A stretch of DNA of 62,924 nucleotides from Promethearchaeota archaeon (GTDB taxonomy: Archaea; Asgardarchaeota; Lokiarchaeia; Sigyniarchaeales; SOKP01): NCBI GenBank assembly GCA_030603385.1, contig JAUVXW010000026.1, forward strand, positions 1-62,924, written 5' to 3'. Below the pieces are notes generated by a model that ran no database searches, was not told where the DNA came from, and was given only the letters and a program-made list of their open reading frames with translations. Shown here piece after piece: positions 41,190 to 50,965 of the stretch. Both the position numbers and the translations under genes were made by a program. Positions within the stretch are counted from its first letter, which is position 1; each line of letters begins with the position of its first letter.

Positions 41190-41897
41190 TTAGAAAAAAA
41201 AAAACCCGTGATTGTCTAACTGAAAGAACAGGGATGCGATTTTTTTTCCTATCTCAATTACCATTTCCCTATCCTTAGAAATTAGTGACTTTCTCAAAAA
41301 AATATTCACACTTTTAATCCTTTTATATAACGAGTGAAAAAACGGAAGTGTTTTCTGTAATTTGACATTAAAAGAAACTTCATGGAGTAGAATTAACGTG
41401 ATATTCTCCCGCTGACATCGTAATATAAGAGGACATAGGATATTATCAAAGATATCCTCCAAGATAGAGGTTCTCTTTCTGATATCGTCAACCTTAGAAA
41501 TCTTAAAACGTAGATGGTGTGAGATATTATCTATTACAATGAACCTTAAATCAGGAGGGAAAAGAAAGTTTTCATTTACCATTTTTCCAAGTAAATTATT
41601 TTGTTCTGAATATGAGGGAAAAACCTTACTTGGAGTAATGTATAAATTATTTAGTAAATAATCGCACTTCTTATTCTGATCCTGACACATCGAAACTAAT
41701 CTATTTTTAGGAAATGGTTCACTTGCTTGAATCCAGAAACAACTACCTTTATAGACATCGCCGATTGCTAACGATTGGCTGACTAAAAAGAGAGCTAAAG
41801 AGGTTTTCCCTGTTCCAGACTCTCCTGAAATGGATATTACTGAATTATGCTGAAGAATTTTTTCAAATCCTTGTAAAACTACGTCTTGAAAAGTCAT
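41190..41897 (-). CDS. RadB/XRCC-like RecA-fold ATPase
   Basis: Walker A GESGTGKT, Walker B FIVIDN, E.FP..RL motif; no N-terminal HhH domain. Confidence 0.75.
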   Translation of the reverse strand: MTFQDVVLQGFEKILQHNSVISISGESGTGKTSLALFLVSQSLAIGDVYKGSCFWIQASEPFPKNRLVSMCQDQNKKCDYLLNNLYITPSKVFPSYSEQNNLLGKMVNENFLFPPDLRFIVIDNISHHLRFKISKVDDIRKRTSILEDIFDNILCPLILRCQRENITLILLHEVSFNVKLQKTLPFFHSLYKRIKSVNIFLRKSLISKDREMVIEIGKKIASLFFQLDNHGFFFF

Positions 41898-41900
41898 AAC

Positions 41901-42239
41901 TCACTCATCTAATAACTCTAGAACTTCCTGCTTGGTTTGCTCTATTTGCTCTTCATTGTTATTTTCTTTAATGCTGTCATCATGTATATATCGGGGCTCG
42001 GAATTACTAAATAGTTGTTGGAGCATCATTAGAGTCATAATATCATTAAACTTACCATCTTGGTGTTGCGGGTTGCCTTTCATAAAACCAAATACTCCTC
42101 CACTCGATCCCGAACGTTTAGATTTGACATATAAATACACCACAATGAAAATTCCAATGAAAATAACCGCATAGACCGGATTTTGCTGAAAAAATATAAA
42201 AAATCCAATAATCAACACTATATAACAGAATCCTTTCAT
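41901..42239 (-). CDS. Small membrane-anchored hypothetical protein
   Basis: N-terminal hydrophobic hairpin, Gly/Ser linker, acidic helix. Confidence 0.7.
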   Translation of the reverse strand: MKGFCYIVLIIGFFIFFQQNPVYAVIFIGIFIVVYLYVKSKRSGSSGGVFGFMKGNPQHQDGKFNDIMTLMMLQQLFSNSEPRYIHDDSIKENNNEEQIEQTKQEVLELLDE

Positions 42240-42257
42240 CTTTCTTACAACCTCATA

Positions 42258-43034
42258 TTACTCCTCATAATCCATATAATATCGTTCAACCATTTCGGGT
42301 TTGAAGCGCCTTCTGATAAGCCTTCTCCTTCTAATTTTAGAGGGAATTCTTCCTTTACGATAGCGAATTTTGTTTATAAGGATACCTAACGAAATGAACG
42401 AGTATTTTAAGATAATATAGCAAAAAATGATGATAAAATAATAGAAAAATTCATAGGAAAAGATAATATTAAAACTTCCAACCAATAACCAAGATATCAA
42501 AAAAGAAAGGATTACGAGAAAAATCTGATATTGACCATGTTGAGGATCATTCTGATATGAAAACTTGAGAAAAAAAAGATCTCCTCTTGAGGGAGATAAG
42601 GTTATAAAAATCGACACAATACAAATCCCAGAAATAATGCGGGCAATGGGATCAAAGATCGGATTAAATACCACCTTAAGCAGAAAATAGATTATCCATG
42701 TTCCAAAAATTAATGGAGCAAAACTTGTTAAAAATCCTTGTAAGAGGGTCATCTGATAGGGATGTAATGGAGTTACTGAACCATGAGGAGATGCTTTTGA
42801 CGAATTTTCGTCCCGATACTTGACTCTTAAGTTATGAGAAGGAACACCAACTAAAAGATCCATTAGGCGATGCGATACTTCATGCACAATGACACCTACA
42901 AAAAATATAAGGTTTATTATGGTATTTCCAATGCTTCCAAAATCAGTTGACAACAATAATTTTTCACTTATATACCCAATAGCATAGACAAACGGGAAAA
43001 TTGTAAGAGCTATAAGTAACACTTCTCCAAACAT
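42258..43034 (-). CDS. Membrane metalloprotease-like protein (M50/site-2-protease-like)
   Basis: HEVSH (HExxH) at the end of a TM helix, FAPL, SPSRGD; about 6 TM; Arg-rich tail. Confidence 0.65.
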   Translation of the reverse strand: MFGEVLLIALTIFPFVYAIGYISEKLLLSTDFGSIGNTIINLIFFVGVIVHEVSHRLMDLLVGVPSHNLRVKYRDENSSKASPHGSVTPLHPYQMTLLQGFLTSFAPLIFGTWIIYFLLKVVFNPIFDPIARIISGICIVSIFITLSPSRGDLFFLKFSYQNDPQHGQYQIFLVILSFLISWLLVGSFNIIFSYEFFYYFIIIFCYIILKYSFISLGILINKIRYRKGRIPSKIRRRRLIRRRFKPEMVERYYMDYEE

Positions 43035-43055
43035 ATACTTTTATGAAATTATTCA

Positions 43056-43071
43056 TATTTAAAGAAAAATT
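43056..43071 (-). promoter_or_regulatory. Cluster promoter motif AATTTTTCTTTAAATA (leaderless)
   Basis: TATA box ends 22 nt before the 43034 ATG. Confidence 0.72.
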
Positions 43072-43354
43072 TCTGAAGGAGAATTTATGATCAATTTATG
43101 ATGAAATTTGTTACTACATTATTTTTCTTCGTGATCACTAAAATTTTAATACTCAACCGAATAGCCTAATTCTTATATGATGGAAAACTTATGACTAAAC
43201 GGGCACTATTTCTAGATGTTATTATATCACCTTCGATGGTTTTTATATGTACAAAAATGTCACTGCGAGTCGAAATGAAAAAAGTGGGGTTTTTATACTT
43301 TTAGTCAATTTGTGATCGAGGTGTAGACGAGCTCTACTTACAAATTCCGATCCC

Positions 43355-43373
43355 AACCGATAGCTTTAAAAAG
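43355..43373 (+). promoter_or_regulatory. Canonical archaeal BRE-TATA (AACCGATAGCTTTAAAAAG) of the divergent tfb
   Basis: CCGA-type purine-rich BRE directly before TTTAAAA, about 56 nt upstream of the ATG. Confidence 0.6.
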
Positions 43374-43428
43374 CAAACACCGTCACAAAGTTTTCTTAGT
43401 AAAAAGAAAAAATAGTGATCAAAAAAAA

Positions 43429-44655
43429 ATGACGATATACAAAACCTCAGTTACATTAGATCATACAAATCTAAAATGTGATTTGTGTGGTTCTGACGAT
43501 ATTGTTGAGACTGTTGAAGGTTATGTGTGTAGGGCATGTGGAATTGTCCAAACTCTACAAAAACTTCAATATGATCAACCATACAAAGCAGATGTACTAC
43601 AATATGCACGAAGATTAGGAAGTACACAATTAGGGAATAAGAGAGAACGGTTGGGCTCCCCTCATTCTAGAGTCTTAAAGCGAATGAGTAAGTACAACAA
43701 GATAAACGACAATGAAAAAATTGTTTATACTAAGGCATATAGGGAGATTTCAAGAATCCTTTGCAGTTTAGGTCTGGAAGATTATAATTCCCTTAAAGAA
43801 ATGACTATGGTTAATTTTAAAGAAATACGAGCTAAATTAAGAGCAGGCTCAAAATACAGGAATGTAGAGAAGCTTGTTGCTATCATTCTATATTTTAGGT
43901 TCAAAATTGATAATATCTCAGTGACAAATACCGATATATTTGAGAACACAGAACTAACCAAAAAAGAATTTAATGACTTCTTTATGCAAGTTCGCGATTA
44001 CGTTCCTAATTATCTGATAAGAGATAGACAAAAATATATCTCCCAGAAATTGTTAGAGATTACCAATCATTTTGGGCTTGAGATGCCCTATTATTTTCTC
44101 GCAAAGAAGGTTTTGTATCGTCTCTGGGAAGGTATTAAAAACACTACAGATAATGTCATAGCAGGATTGTGTGCGTCAATTACAGCCCTCTGTGAGTATA
44201 AAGAACAAGTTAGAATAAGTTCAATTTGTGAATTGGTCAATATTAGGATGAGTACTATCCAGCTTCAGGTTAAAAAGAAAATTTTTGAAAGGTTTGGGAT
44301 TCTAGGATTCTCAACTTTGGTACATTCTGCCGATTTATTAAAAAAGTTTTTAGTAAAAATCGGGCTGATAGAAGACAAAGAACCTGACATCGAATTGATT
44401 TCAGAAGAAGTAGAAGATGATGATATTATTCATGTTCAATTAGGAAATGCAGTTCAGATATTTAATCCATCAAATGAGCATTATCTTTTTGAAAGTTTTG
44501 ATCAAAATGGAACGATTACCTACATATACCTTGAGGTATATAATCATACTAATACCAAGACTAAATTTAAGAAAAAGTCAAAGACAAATGGTGTATGGTT
44601 TAAGCTAGGTCTTGAGGAATATTTTCCATATAAGGGACCTCCGGTAACCATTTGA
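43429..44655 (+). CDS. tfb: Divergent transcription initiation factor TFB/TFIIB paralogue with C-terminal extension
   Basis: Zn ribbon CDLC..VCRACGIV, two cyclin-like repeats and an extra domain of about 100 aa. Confidence 0.8.
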   Translation: MTIYKTSVTLDHTNLKCDLCGSDDIVETVEGYVCRACGIVQTLQKLQYDQPYKADVLQYARRLGSTQLGNKRERLGSPHSRVLKRMSKYNKINDNEKIVYTKAYREISRILCSLGLEDYNSLKEMTMVNFKEIRAKLRAGSKYRNVEKLVAIILYFRFKIDNISVTNTDIFENTELTKKEFNDFFMQVRDYVPNYLIRDRQKYISQKLLEITNHFGLEMPYYFLAKKVLYRLWEGIKNTTDNVIAGLCASITALCEYKEQVRISSICELVNIRMSTIQLQVKKKIFERFGILGFSTLVHSADLLKKFLVKIGLIEDKEPDIELISEEVEDDDIIHVQLGNAVQIFNPSNEHYLFESFDQNGTITYIYLEVYNHTNTKTKFKKKSKTNGVWFKLGLEEYFPYKGPPVTI

Positions 44656-44731
44656 CTATGATCAAAAGTAAGACCACAGGTAATATATATAGTATATATG
44701 TAGCATAAGTTTTTCTCTTTTTTTTCTCTCT

Positions 44732-44748
44732 ATTTTTTTCTTTAAATA
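44732..44748 (+). promoter_or_regulatory. Cluster promoter motif ATTTTTTTCTTTAAATA
   Basis: About 40 nt upstream of the 44785/44794 start. Confidence 0.7.
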
Positions 44749-44784
44749 TACCGAGTTATATTTTATAGAAGTTAACAATTAAAC

Positions 44785-47403
44785 GTGAGTTTTATGCATA
44801 AAAAATTTGTTGTAATTGTGTTAATTGTGATTTCTACACTTCTAGGTGTTAGCGGTTACTTTGTGAATACCCAATATGAAGAAAATACACCATTTGAAAT
44901 CCCTCCTGAGAATGTGAACATGGCCTCAATGACAAATTATAACAATATCAATTCCATATTTGCTGAAAAAATTAGCGATTATGCTACATATGGCTTTTTT
45001 CCCCAGATATATGAACCTTCTTTACAAGCGACGTACTATGCACTTTATACATTAGAGGCTATAGGAAAGCGGGATCAGGTAAATGAAACACAGATAACAA
45101 ATTATATCATGAGCAACTACAATTCTAGCACTCATTTATTCATGGACAAATATGCGTATAGGTATCTCGATACTGACTTTACTCAAGATTCTCATTATCG
45201 TCCACTTACTTCTATTCTTGAAGTAAACTGTTATGCGATCCTTTCATTAGAACTTTTTAATGCTCTTAATTTAATTGATATAGGCGCATCAATAGACTTT
45301 ATATGGAGTTGCTATAATCCCCTCACATCTGGATTTATTGGGCAACCTTACAGTCCTTCCTTAGAGTATTATGCGAAAATCTCTACAATGGACAATACAT
45401 ATTACGCAATTAAGAATTTAGATGTATTAATGGACAATTGGGTTGGGTATACTCAGGAACGCAATGATTTAATTCAATATATTAACTCATTACAAATTAC
45501 TGACGATGGTAATCCAGAATTTGGAGGATTTTTGAATGATAACGAGATAAGCTTTAGCTCCTTGAAGCTGTATACTGATACTAATATGTTTTCTTCTTAT
45601 TATTGCATAAAAAGTTTAGAAATATTTGGTATGGTCGGAACTATTAACTATGCTAGTTTTTACACGTTCTTAGAGCAATTATATGTTGCAGATGAGAACT
45701 ACTTTCAGTATATGGTTTTTGGGACACCATTAGATGCAAATATCGTTACCACAGCCCTTGGATTAGACCTCTCTCGTATTACAGGGTTCTCTTCTTATAA
45801 TGAGACCGGCATCTTAGACTTCATTTTCAATACCCGGAATAGTCTTGGTATTTGGGATGGCTCTACTGAGATTCAATACCATGAAATAATAGATACTTCT
45901 CAAATTATTCGAGCATTAAAGGATTGTAGTCAATTGTCAAGATTGAATTTTACCGACACTAACCAAATAACAACCTCTATTATAGAGTATTTTTTTATGG
46001 ATCAAAGTTTTTCTCTCATATCTATAGATTATCCAACTCTTAATCTTATTAATTCGATTATCACTTCATTTGATTTATATGGGAGACTTCCAGAATTAGA
46101 TTTACAGGAACTTTATTTGAAGATAATAGAATCATATCATGGTCTTACACCGATATATCATGGATTCTGGGCATTTTTAAACGCTGAACTTTATGCAAAT
46201 TCGATAATAGGCTTTCGTTCCTACCCTATTGAGTTTTATACCGAAGGGAATAAAATTCATTTTAAAGAGATTGAATACTTAATTTCTCATAAATCTACCT
46301 TCTATGCATTAAATTCTTTAAAAACTATTTTCAAATTAGATGATTTTGCATTAACTCATAATCTAAATAGACTTATGAATGATATTCTTAATACGCAATT
46401 TCTAAATAGCTCATATCCAGAACAATATGGTGCCTTTTTATGCATATTACCTTATGAAGAATTACGCAGTGAATTTCTAAGTCAAAATATTTATTTTGAA
46501 TATACATATTATGCGATTAAAGCCCTTGAACTTCTTGTCGAACAGTTAAATATAGGAGACCTTACCTTTTTGGACCTTAATATGACAGCCTTACAGTCAT
46601 ATATCAATACTCATATTGTAGAAACTTCAGAACAGTTATACTTTAACCCTCACTATACCGATGATTATGAAACTATTTTGCAAAATACCTATTATATGAT
46701 ATATATACTAAAATCGATTGATATATTTAATTTGGATGACCAAAAAATAAGAAACTTAATTGTACAAAACCTAAATTATAGCAATATCAAAAACATTTAT
46801 TATAGTTATAAAGTAGCAAAATTATTGGATTTTAATTTTGAATTTGATATTGAGTTGGTACAACATTTAGTAGGGGATATCTTTTCTCAAGAATTAAATG
46901 AGTTTTATCTTACGTCTAAAAGAGAAGAAGTTGATCAAGAAATATTCCTTTGGATCAGCGAAATGGCTTCATTACACAACTATAAAATTATTACTCAATA
47001 CCAAGAAGAAGTTATGCTGGGAAATCATATAACCATCGAAGCTTCACTATCCAACTTGATTCTTTCTTACTTCGATTATAATCTCTCATTTAGCTTCGAA
47101 AGTGCTCAATTAGGGTATTATGAATTTGAGAGAGTAGAAAATAATGAATTTTCACTTAATCTCCATATTCCGCAACGTCCGAGTAATTATCCAAGTGTGA
47201 ATGGGAAGCTATATGCCCTCACTGGCAAGTTTATATTAGCAGAACTTAGTATATCGCTTACTACGGTTTATCCTAAGAAAGTGTATCAAGATGAGATAAA
47301 TAGTGCAGTTGTATTATCCGTCTTATTCATTACTATTCCTGGAGGAGTCATATTTTATTCAGAAAAAAAACTAAAAAAACGAGATTCAGGTATTAATATC
47401 TAA
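44785..47403 (+). CDS. Surface protein with prenyltransferase/squalene-cyclase-like alpha-alpha barrel repeats
   Basis: N-terminal signal and C-terminal TM; repeats ATYYALYTL, NTYYAIKNL, SSYYCIKSL, STFYALNSL, YTYYAIKAL; LQ..GGF. Confidence 0.72.
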   Translation: MSFMHKKFVVIVLIVISTLLGVSGYFVNTQYEENTPFEIPPENVNMASMTNYNNINSIFAEKISDYATYGFFPQIYEPSLQATYYALYTLEAIGKRDQVNETQITNYIMSNYNSSTHLFMDKYAYRYLDTDFTQDSHYRPLTSILEVNCYAILSLELFNALNLIDIGASIDFIWSCYNPLTSGFIGQPYSPSLEYYAKISTMDNTYYAIKNLDVLMDNWVGYTQERNDLIQYINSLQITDDGNPEFGGFLNDNEISFSSLKLYTDTNMFSSYYCIKSLEIFGMVGTINYASFYTFLEQLYVADENYFQYMVFGTPLDANIVTTALGLDLSRITGFSSYNETGILDFIFNTRNSLGIWDGSTEIQYHEIIDTSQIIRALKDCSQLSRLNFTDTNQITTSIIEYFFMDQSFSLISIDYPTLNLINSIITSFDLYGRLPELDLQELYLKIIESYHGLTPIYHGFWAFLNAELYANSIIGFRSYPIEFYTEGNKIHFKEIEYLISHKSTFYALNSLKTIFKLDDFALTHNLNRLMNDILNTQFLNSSYPEQYGAFLCILPYEELRSEFLSQNIYFEYTYYAIKALELLVEQLNIGDLTFLDLNMTALQSYINTHIVETSEQLYFNPHYTDDYETILQNTYYMIYILKSIDIFNLDDQKIRNLIVQNLNYSNIKNIYYSYKVAKLLDFNFEFDIELVQHLVGDIFSQELNEFYLTSKREEVDQEIFLWISEMASLHNYKIITQYQEEVMLGNHITIEASLSNLILSYFDYNLSFSFESAQLGYYEFERVENNEFSLNLHIPQRPSNYPSVNGKLYALTGKFILAELSISLTTVYPKKVYQDEINSAVVLSVLFITIPGGVIFYSEKKLKKRDSGINI

Positions 47404-47408
47404 TTCCA

Positions 47409-47424
47409 AATTTTTTCTTTTTAT
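47409..47424 (+). promoter_or_regulatory. Cluster promoter variant AATTTTTTCTTTTTAT (leaderless)
   Basis: About 24 nt before the 47448 ATG; could also be a terminator. Confidence 0.45.
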
Positions 47425-47447
47425 TTATTTAACTCTAGAATCTTATA

Positions 47448-48050
47448 ATGGTGTTACATAGTAGTTCAGATAGCGTATTGCGTAATAGGAATTTATTACA
47501 GGTATTACATCAGATACTAGATGTATTAAGTAAATTTGCGAAGAATTATAACAAAAGACTTAATTTCAGTAAATTCGCAAGTTATCTCAAATTAAATCCA
47601 TCGGAAGTAGAAGAAATAATCTTTTTACTTCTAGATTTTCAAGAACTCTATGAAACCACCCTCAACAAATATTCTTTAAAAAAGAGAATCAACAATAATC
47701 AAGTTTATTTAGTTACGGAGAAAATTCAGAAGCTAAATAGCATACCACTTAAAATAAGGATGTCCCAATCCCACATTAATCAATTCAATGACATAATTTA
47801 TTTTTTTAAACATGTAAAACGAGGGAAGGGGTTTGACGTACAAACCAATGGCACGGATTTACTAAAGAATGTAAAAGAGCTATGTGATTTTTATCCATAT
47901 TGTTTTCAAGAGCAGCAAAATGGACTAGTATATCCTTCTAAATTTGGATTAAAACTAGGAGAATTATTACTCTCCTATAAGAAAAGTAATAAAAATATCA
48001 AAAAAATAGATATCGAGGAAACACAAATAGTAGTGGACAGCTGTGAGTGA
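47448..48050 (+). CDS. Hypothetical protein, possible winged-helix domains
   Basis: LNFSKFASYLKLNPSEVEEII is HTH-like; C-terminal YPSKFGLKLG is wing-like; coupled to hef. Confidence 0.6.
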   Translation: MVLHSSSDSVLRNRNLLQVLHQILDVLSKFAKNYNKRLNFSKFASYLKLNPSEVEEIIFLLLDFQELYETTLNKYSLKKRINNNQVYLVTEKIQKLNSIPLKIRMSQSHINQFNDIIYFFKHVKRGKGFDVQTNGTDLLKNVKELCDFYPYCFQEQQNGLVYPSKFGLKLGELLLSYKKSNKNIKKIDIEETQIVVDSCE

Positions 48051-50163
48051 GACGTCTGAAGACAAACTAGCATTAAAATCCGATAAATTAGAGTTTCGGA
48101 AATATCAGGTTGAGATTGCAAGTAAATGTGTGAATAAGAACTCGTTAGTTGTATTACCCACAGGGCTAGGAAAAACAATCATCGCGGTACTCATAGCAAG
48201 TAAGACATTAGAATTCTTTCCTGAAGAGAGTAAAATAATTATATTAGCCCCTACACGTCCCTTAATAAACCAACATTATGATACATTTAGCAATTTCCTA
48301 CAAGTCCCTCAGGAGAAGTTTGTAGTACTCACAGGCAAAGTTCTTCCTGAGAAACGAATTGAGTTATATGAAGATAATCAAATTTTGTTTTATACTCCTC
48401 AAACGCTGAGAAATGACTTAGTGAATCGAAGATATACCTTAGAACATACAGCTCTTATTATATATGATGAAGCTCATCATGCATCTGGCGATTATGCATA
48501 TACGATGATTGCTGACGAGTATGCGGAACAAAATCCGGATGGAGTGACGCTTGCACTCACCGCTTCCCCGGGAGCATCAAAAAAGAGAATTCAAGAATTA
48601 TGTGAAAATCTCCATATCCCATTAGAAAATATTCATATTAGGACTCGAAAAGACAGCGATGTGAAGACATACATCAAACCAATGAATATATATAAGATTG
48701 GAGTGAATCTTACAGAATTAATGGAAGAAGTATACTCTGCGGTAATTGTTGTACTAGAAGAGCGATTACACTACCTTTCACAGCTTAGTTTCATTGACAC
48801 TAAATCTGATGTACTACATCATAAAGTATTCCGAAAAGATTTATTAAGATTAAATAAGGAATTAGTTGCTATGATACAAGGGAGTGGAGATAAGACTGGG
48901 CTATACAGCGCTTTATCGATAAATGCTCAAGCGTTAATCCTATATCATATGATAGAGCTTATCGAACAACAAGGACTCGATGTTCTCTTATATTACTTAG
49001 AAAAGCTCTATACTGACGCAAAAAAGAAAAGCAGCTCAAAAGCTGTAAAAATCTTAGCTTCTGATTCGAGAATCCGTCGTAATTTTATTGAATTGAAAAA
49101 GAACCAAGATTTTACGCCTGAAAAACTTATACATCCTAAATATCACATTTTACAAAAAGTGTTGGTAGATGAATTATCCCAAAATCCTAATTCTCGCATA
49201 CTGGTCTTTGTAAAATTGCGTGACTCACTAAAGAACATCGTGGAAAGACTTGGAGAAATAGAAATTATAAAACCAGTACGATTTGTTGGGCAAGCTACTA
49301 AATCTAGTGAAGATAAAGGAATGTCTCAAAAAATCCAGATTGAAACTTTAGATCGGTTTAAGAAAGGCGTGTATAATGTGCTGGTATCTACAAACGTGGG
49401 GGAAGAAGGTTTAGATATCGCGGAATGTGATTTAGTAGTATTTTACGATGTGGTAGCATCTGAAATCCGCTTAATTCAAAGAAAAGGTAGAACAGCTCGA
49501 CATCGAGAAGGAAAAGTTATAATTTTATACTGTAAAGGGACCCATGATGAGATTTATCTTAGAATTGCTTTGAGTAAATTAAAGAAAATGAATGTCAACC
49601 TTAAAAAACCTCAGCAGCTTGCAGAACCAGAACCGATTTATAGTAATCAAATTGGTAAAATTGAAGAAAAAGTCTCTAAGCCATCATTAAAGCGACAACA
49701 TCAAGTTAATTTACATTCTTTTATTGATACCTCCCCTCTAGATGACGTTTTGGAAAAAGAAGAGGATTCTTCTGAAGTTAAAATAAGTAAACTTCTACCC
49801 ATGAAATTCGGCATACGTAAGAAACTGCAGAAAGATAAAATTGATTTTGCTATTGTTGATACAGACCTTCATATTGTCTTATTTAATAGAGTGTTAATTC
49901 AAGTATATGATCCAAGAAAAACTACTGATAATTTATTTATTACAGAAATTCAGGATTTTTCAGAGATTTGTGAATTATTTATCCTCATCTTTGATTTTGT
50001 AGATTTTGAAGTACAAACACCAGGAGAAAAACGAATTTTAAAAAAAAAAATTCAAGAGTTAAAACAAGAGTATAATTTTCAATTCATTCCTGTTGAAAAT
50101 GAAGAAGAACTCTATTTTATTATGAAAAGTATTTTAGAAAGCCCATCAGGGAGGGGTTTATAA
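48043..50163 (+). CDS. hef: Hef/FANCM-family DEAH helicase with degenerate C-terminal ERCC4-like domain
   Basis: LPTGLGKT, DEAHHASGDYAY, LTASPG, RFVGQA, EEGLDI and QRKGRTAR motifs. Confidence 0.9.
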   Translation: MSETSEDKLALKSDKLEFRKYQVEIASKCVNKNSLVVLPTGLGKTIIAVLIASKTLEFFPEESKIIILAPTRPLINQHYDTFSNFLQVPQEKFVVLTGKVLPEKRIELYEDNQILFYTPQTLRNDLVNRRYTLEHTALIIYDEAHHASGDYAYTMIADEYAEQNPDGVTLALTASPGASKKRIQELCENLHIPLENIHIRTRKDSDVKTYIKPMNIYKIGVNLTELMEEVYSAVIVVLEERLHYLSQLSFIDTKSDVLHHKVFRKDLLRLNKELVAMIQGSGDKTGLYSALSINAQALILYHMIELIEQQGLDVLLYYLEKLYTDAKKKSSSKAVKILASDSRIRRNFIELKKNQDFTPEKLIHPKYHILQKVLVDELSQNPNSRILVFVKLRDSLKNIVERLGEIEIIKPVRFVGQATKSSEDKGMSQKIQIETLDRFKKGVYNVLVSTNVGEEGLDIAECDLVVFYDVVASEIRLIQRKGRTARHREGKVIILYCKGTHDEIYLRIALSKLKKMNVNLKKPQQLAEPEPIYSNQIGKIEEKVSKPSLKRQHQVNLHSFIDTSPLDDVLEKEEDSSEVKISKLLPMKFGIRKKLQKDKIDFAIVDTDLHIVLFNRVLIQVYDPRKTTDNLFITEIQDFSEICELFILIFDFVDFEVQTPGEKRILKKKIQELKQEYNFQFIPVENEEELYFIMKSILESPSGRGL

Positions 50164-50165
50164 GA

Positions 50166-50687
50166 ATGGAAGACGCCACCTGGAAAAAAGATGAGACACC
50201 TTATCTAATATTTGAATGTGCGAAATGTAAACAATATCTCTATGTAAAAGCAACGCAGAAAGGGAAGAAATGTTTACGATGTGGTCGCACACATACAGTC
50301 TCAACCATTATTAATACTGGAGAGTTTGTTAATGGAATAACTGCTGCGGTAGAAATGGTGAAAAAAAGACAAGACGAGTTTGGAAAAAAAGAATTAGGGC
50401 ATACACCTGAATTCAGAGCATTTGGGGATTTTACGGTGGCTGTTAAAAAACTGAAGGATATAGCAGTTAATGGTGATGAATCTAGTGAAGACACAACTAG
50501 GCAATTTAGAAAAATGTTATTTGAGATTTCTGCGATGTATAAGAAATTCCCGATCTATATTATCGAAGTCATGGCAGATAATTATGGAATACCTGCTTCT
50601 GAACTAAAGAATTTAGCAAAAAACTTTCAGAAACAAGGAATTTTAATCCGATTAGACGATTATTCCTATACTGTGAAAATGAAGTAG
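50166..50687 (+). CDS. DUF1922-like zinc ribbon fused to a winged-helix-like domain
   Basis: YLIFECAKC...KKCLRCGR; C-terminus paralogous to 24295..24504. Confidence 0.7.
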   Translation: MEDATWKKDETPYLIFECAKCKQYLYVKATQKGKKCLRCGRTHTVSTIINTGEFVNGITAAVEMVKKRQDEFGKKELGHTPEFRAFGDFTVAVKKLKDIAVNGDESSEDTTRQFRKMLFEISAMYKKFPIYIIEVMADNYGIPASELKNLAKNFQKQGILIRLDDYSYTVKMK

Positions 50688-50704
50688 AATAAAAACTAAA
50701 AAGG

Positions 50705-50908
50705 CTAAGGCCTAAACTCATTTAATAATATAACTTTATAGAGTGGATGTCTTTTTTTAAAGGGAATCTTCTCTTCCCCTGAATAAATATAACTTTCTTG
50801 ATTTCCAAAAAACAGAGAAAAGGGGACAATAACATTTTTGACTTGAAATGACTCTCTGATATCATACTCAATTTCGTGATTCTTCTTATCAACTGATTTT
50901 GAACTCAT
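50705..50908 (-). CDS. Small hypothetical protein (paralogue of 51282..51506)
   Basis: Shared I.PFS..YIY.G.E.I.F..RHP.Y...LLNEF motif. Confidence 0.75.
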   Translation of the reverse strand: MSSKSVDKKNHEIEYDIRESFQVKNVIVPFSLFFGNQESYIYSGEEKIPFKKRHPLYKVILLNEFRP

Positions 50909-50947
50909 TTCATAACCACTATTTTTATATGGAAATACTCTCCAGAT

Positions 50948-50965
50948 TATTTAAAAGAAAAAATT
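50948..50965 (-). promoter_or_regulatory. Cluster promoter variant AATTTTTTCTTTTAAATA
   Basis: 40 nt upstream of the 50908 ATG. Confidence 0.65.
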
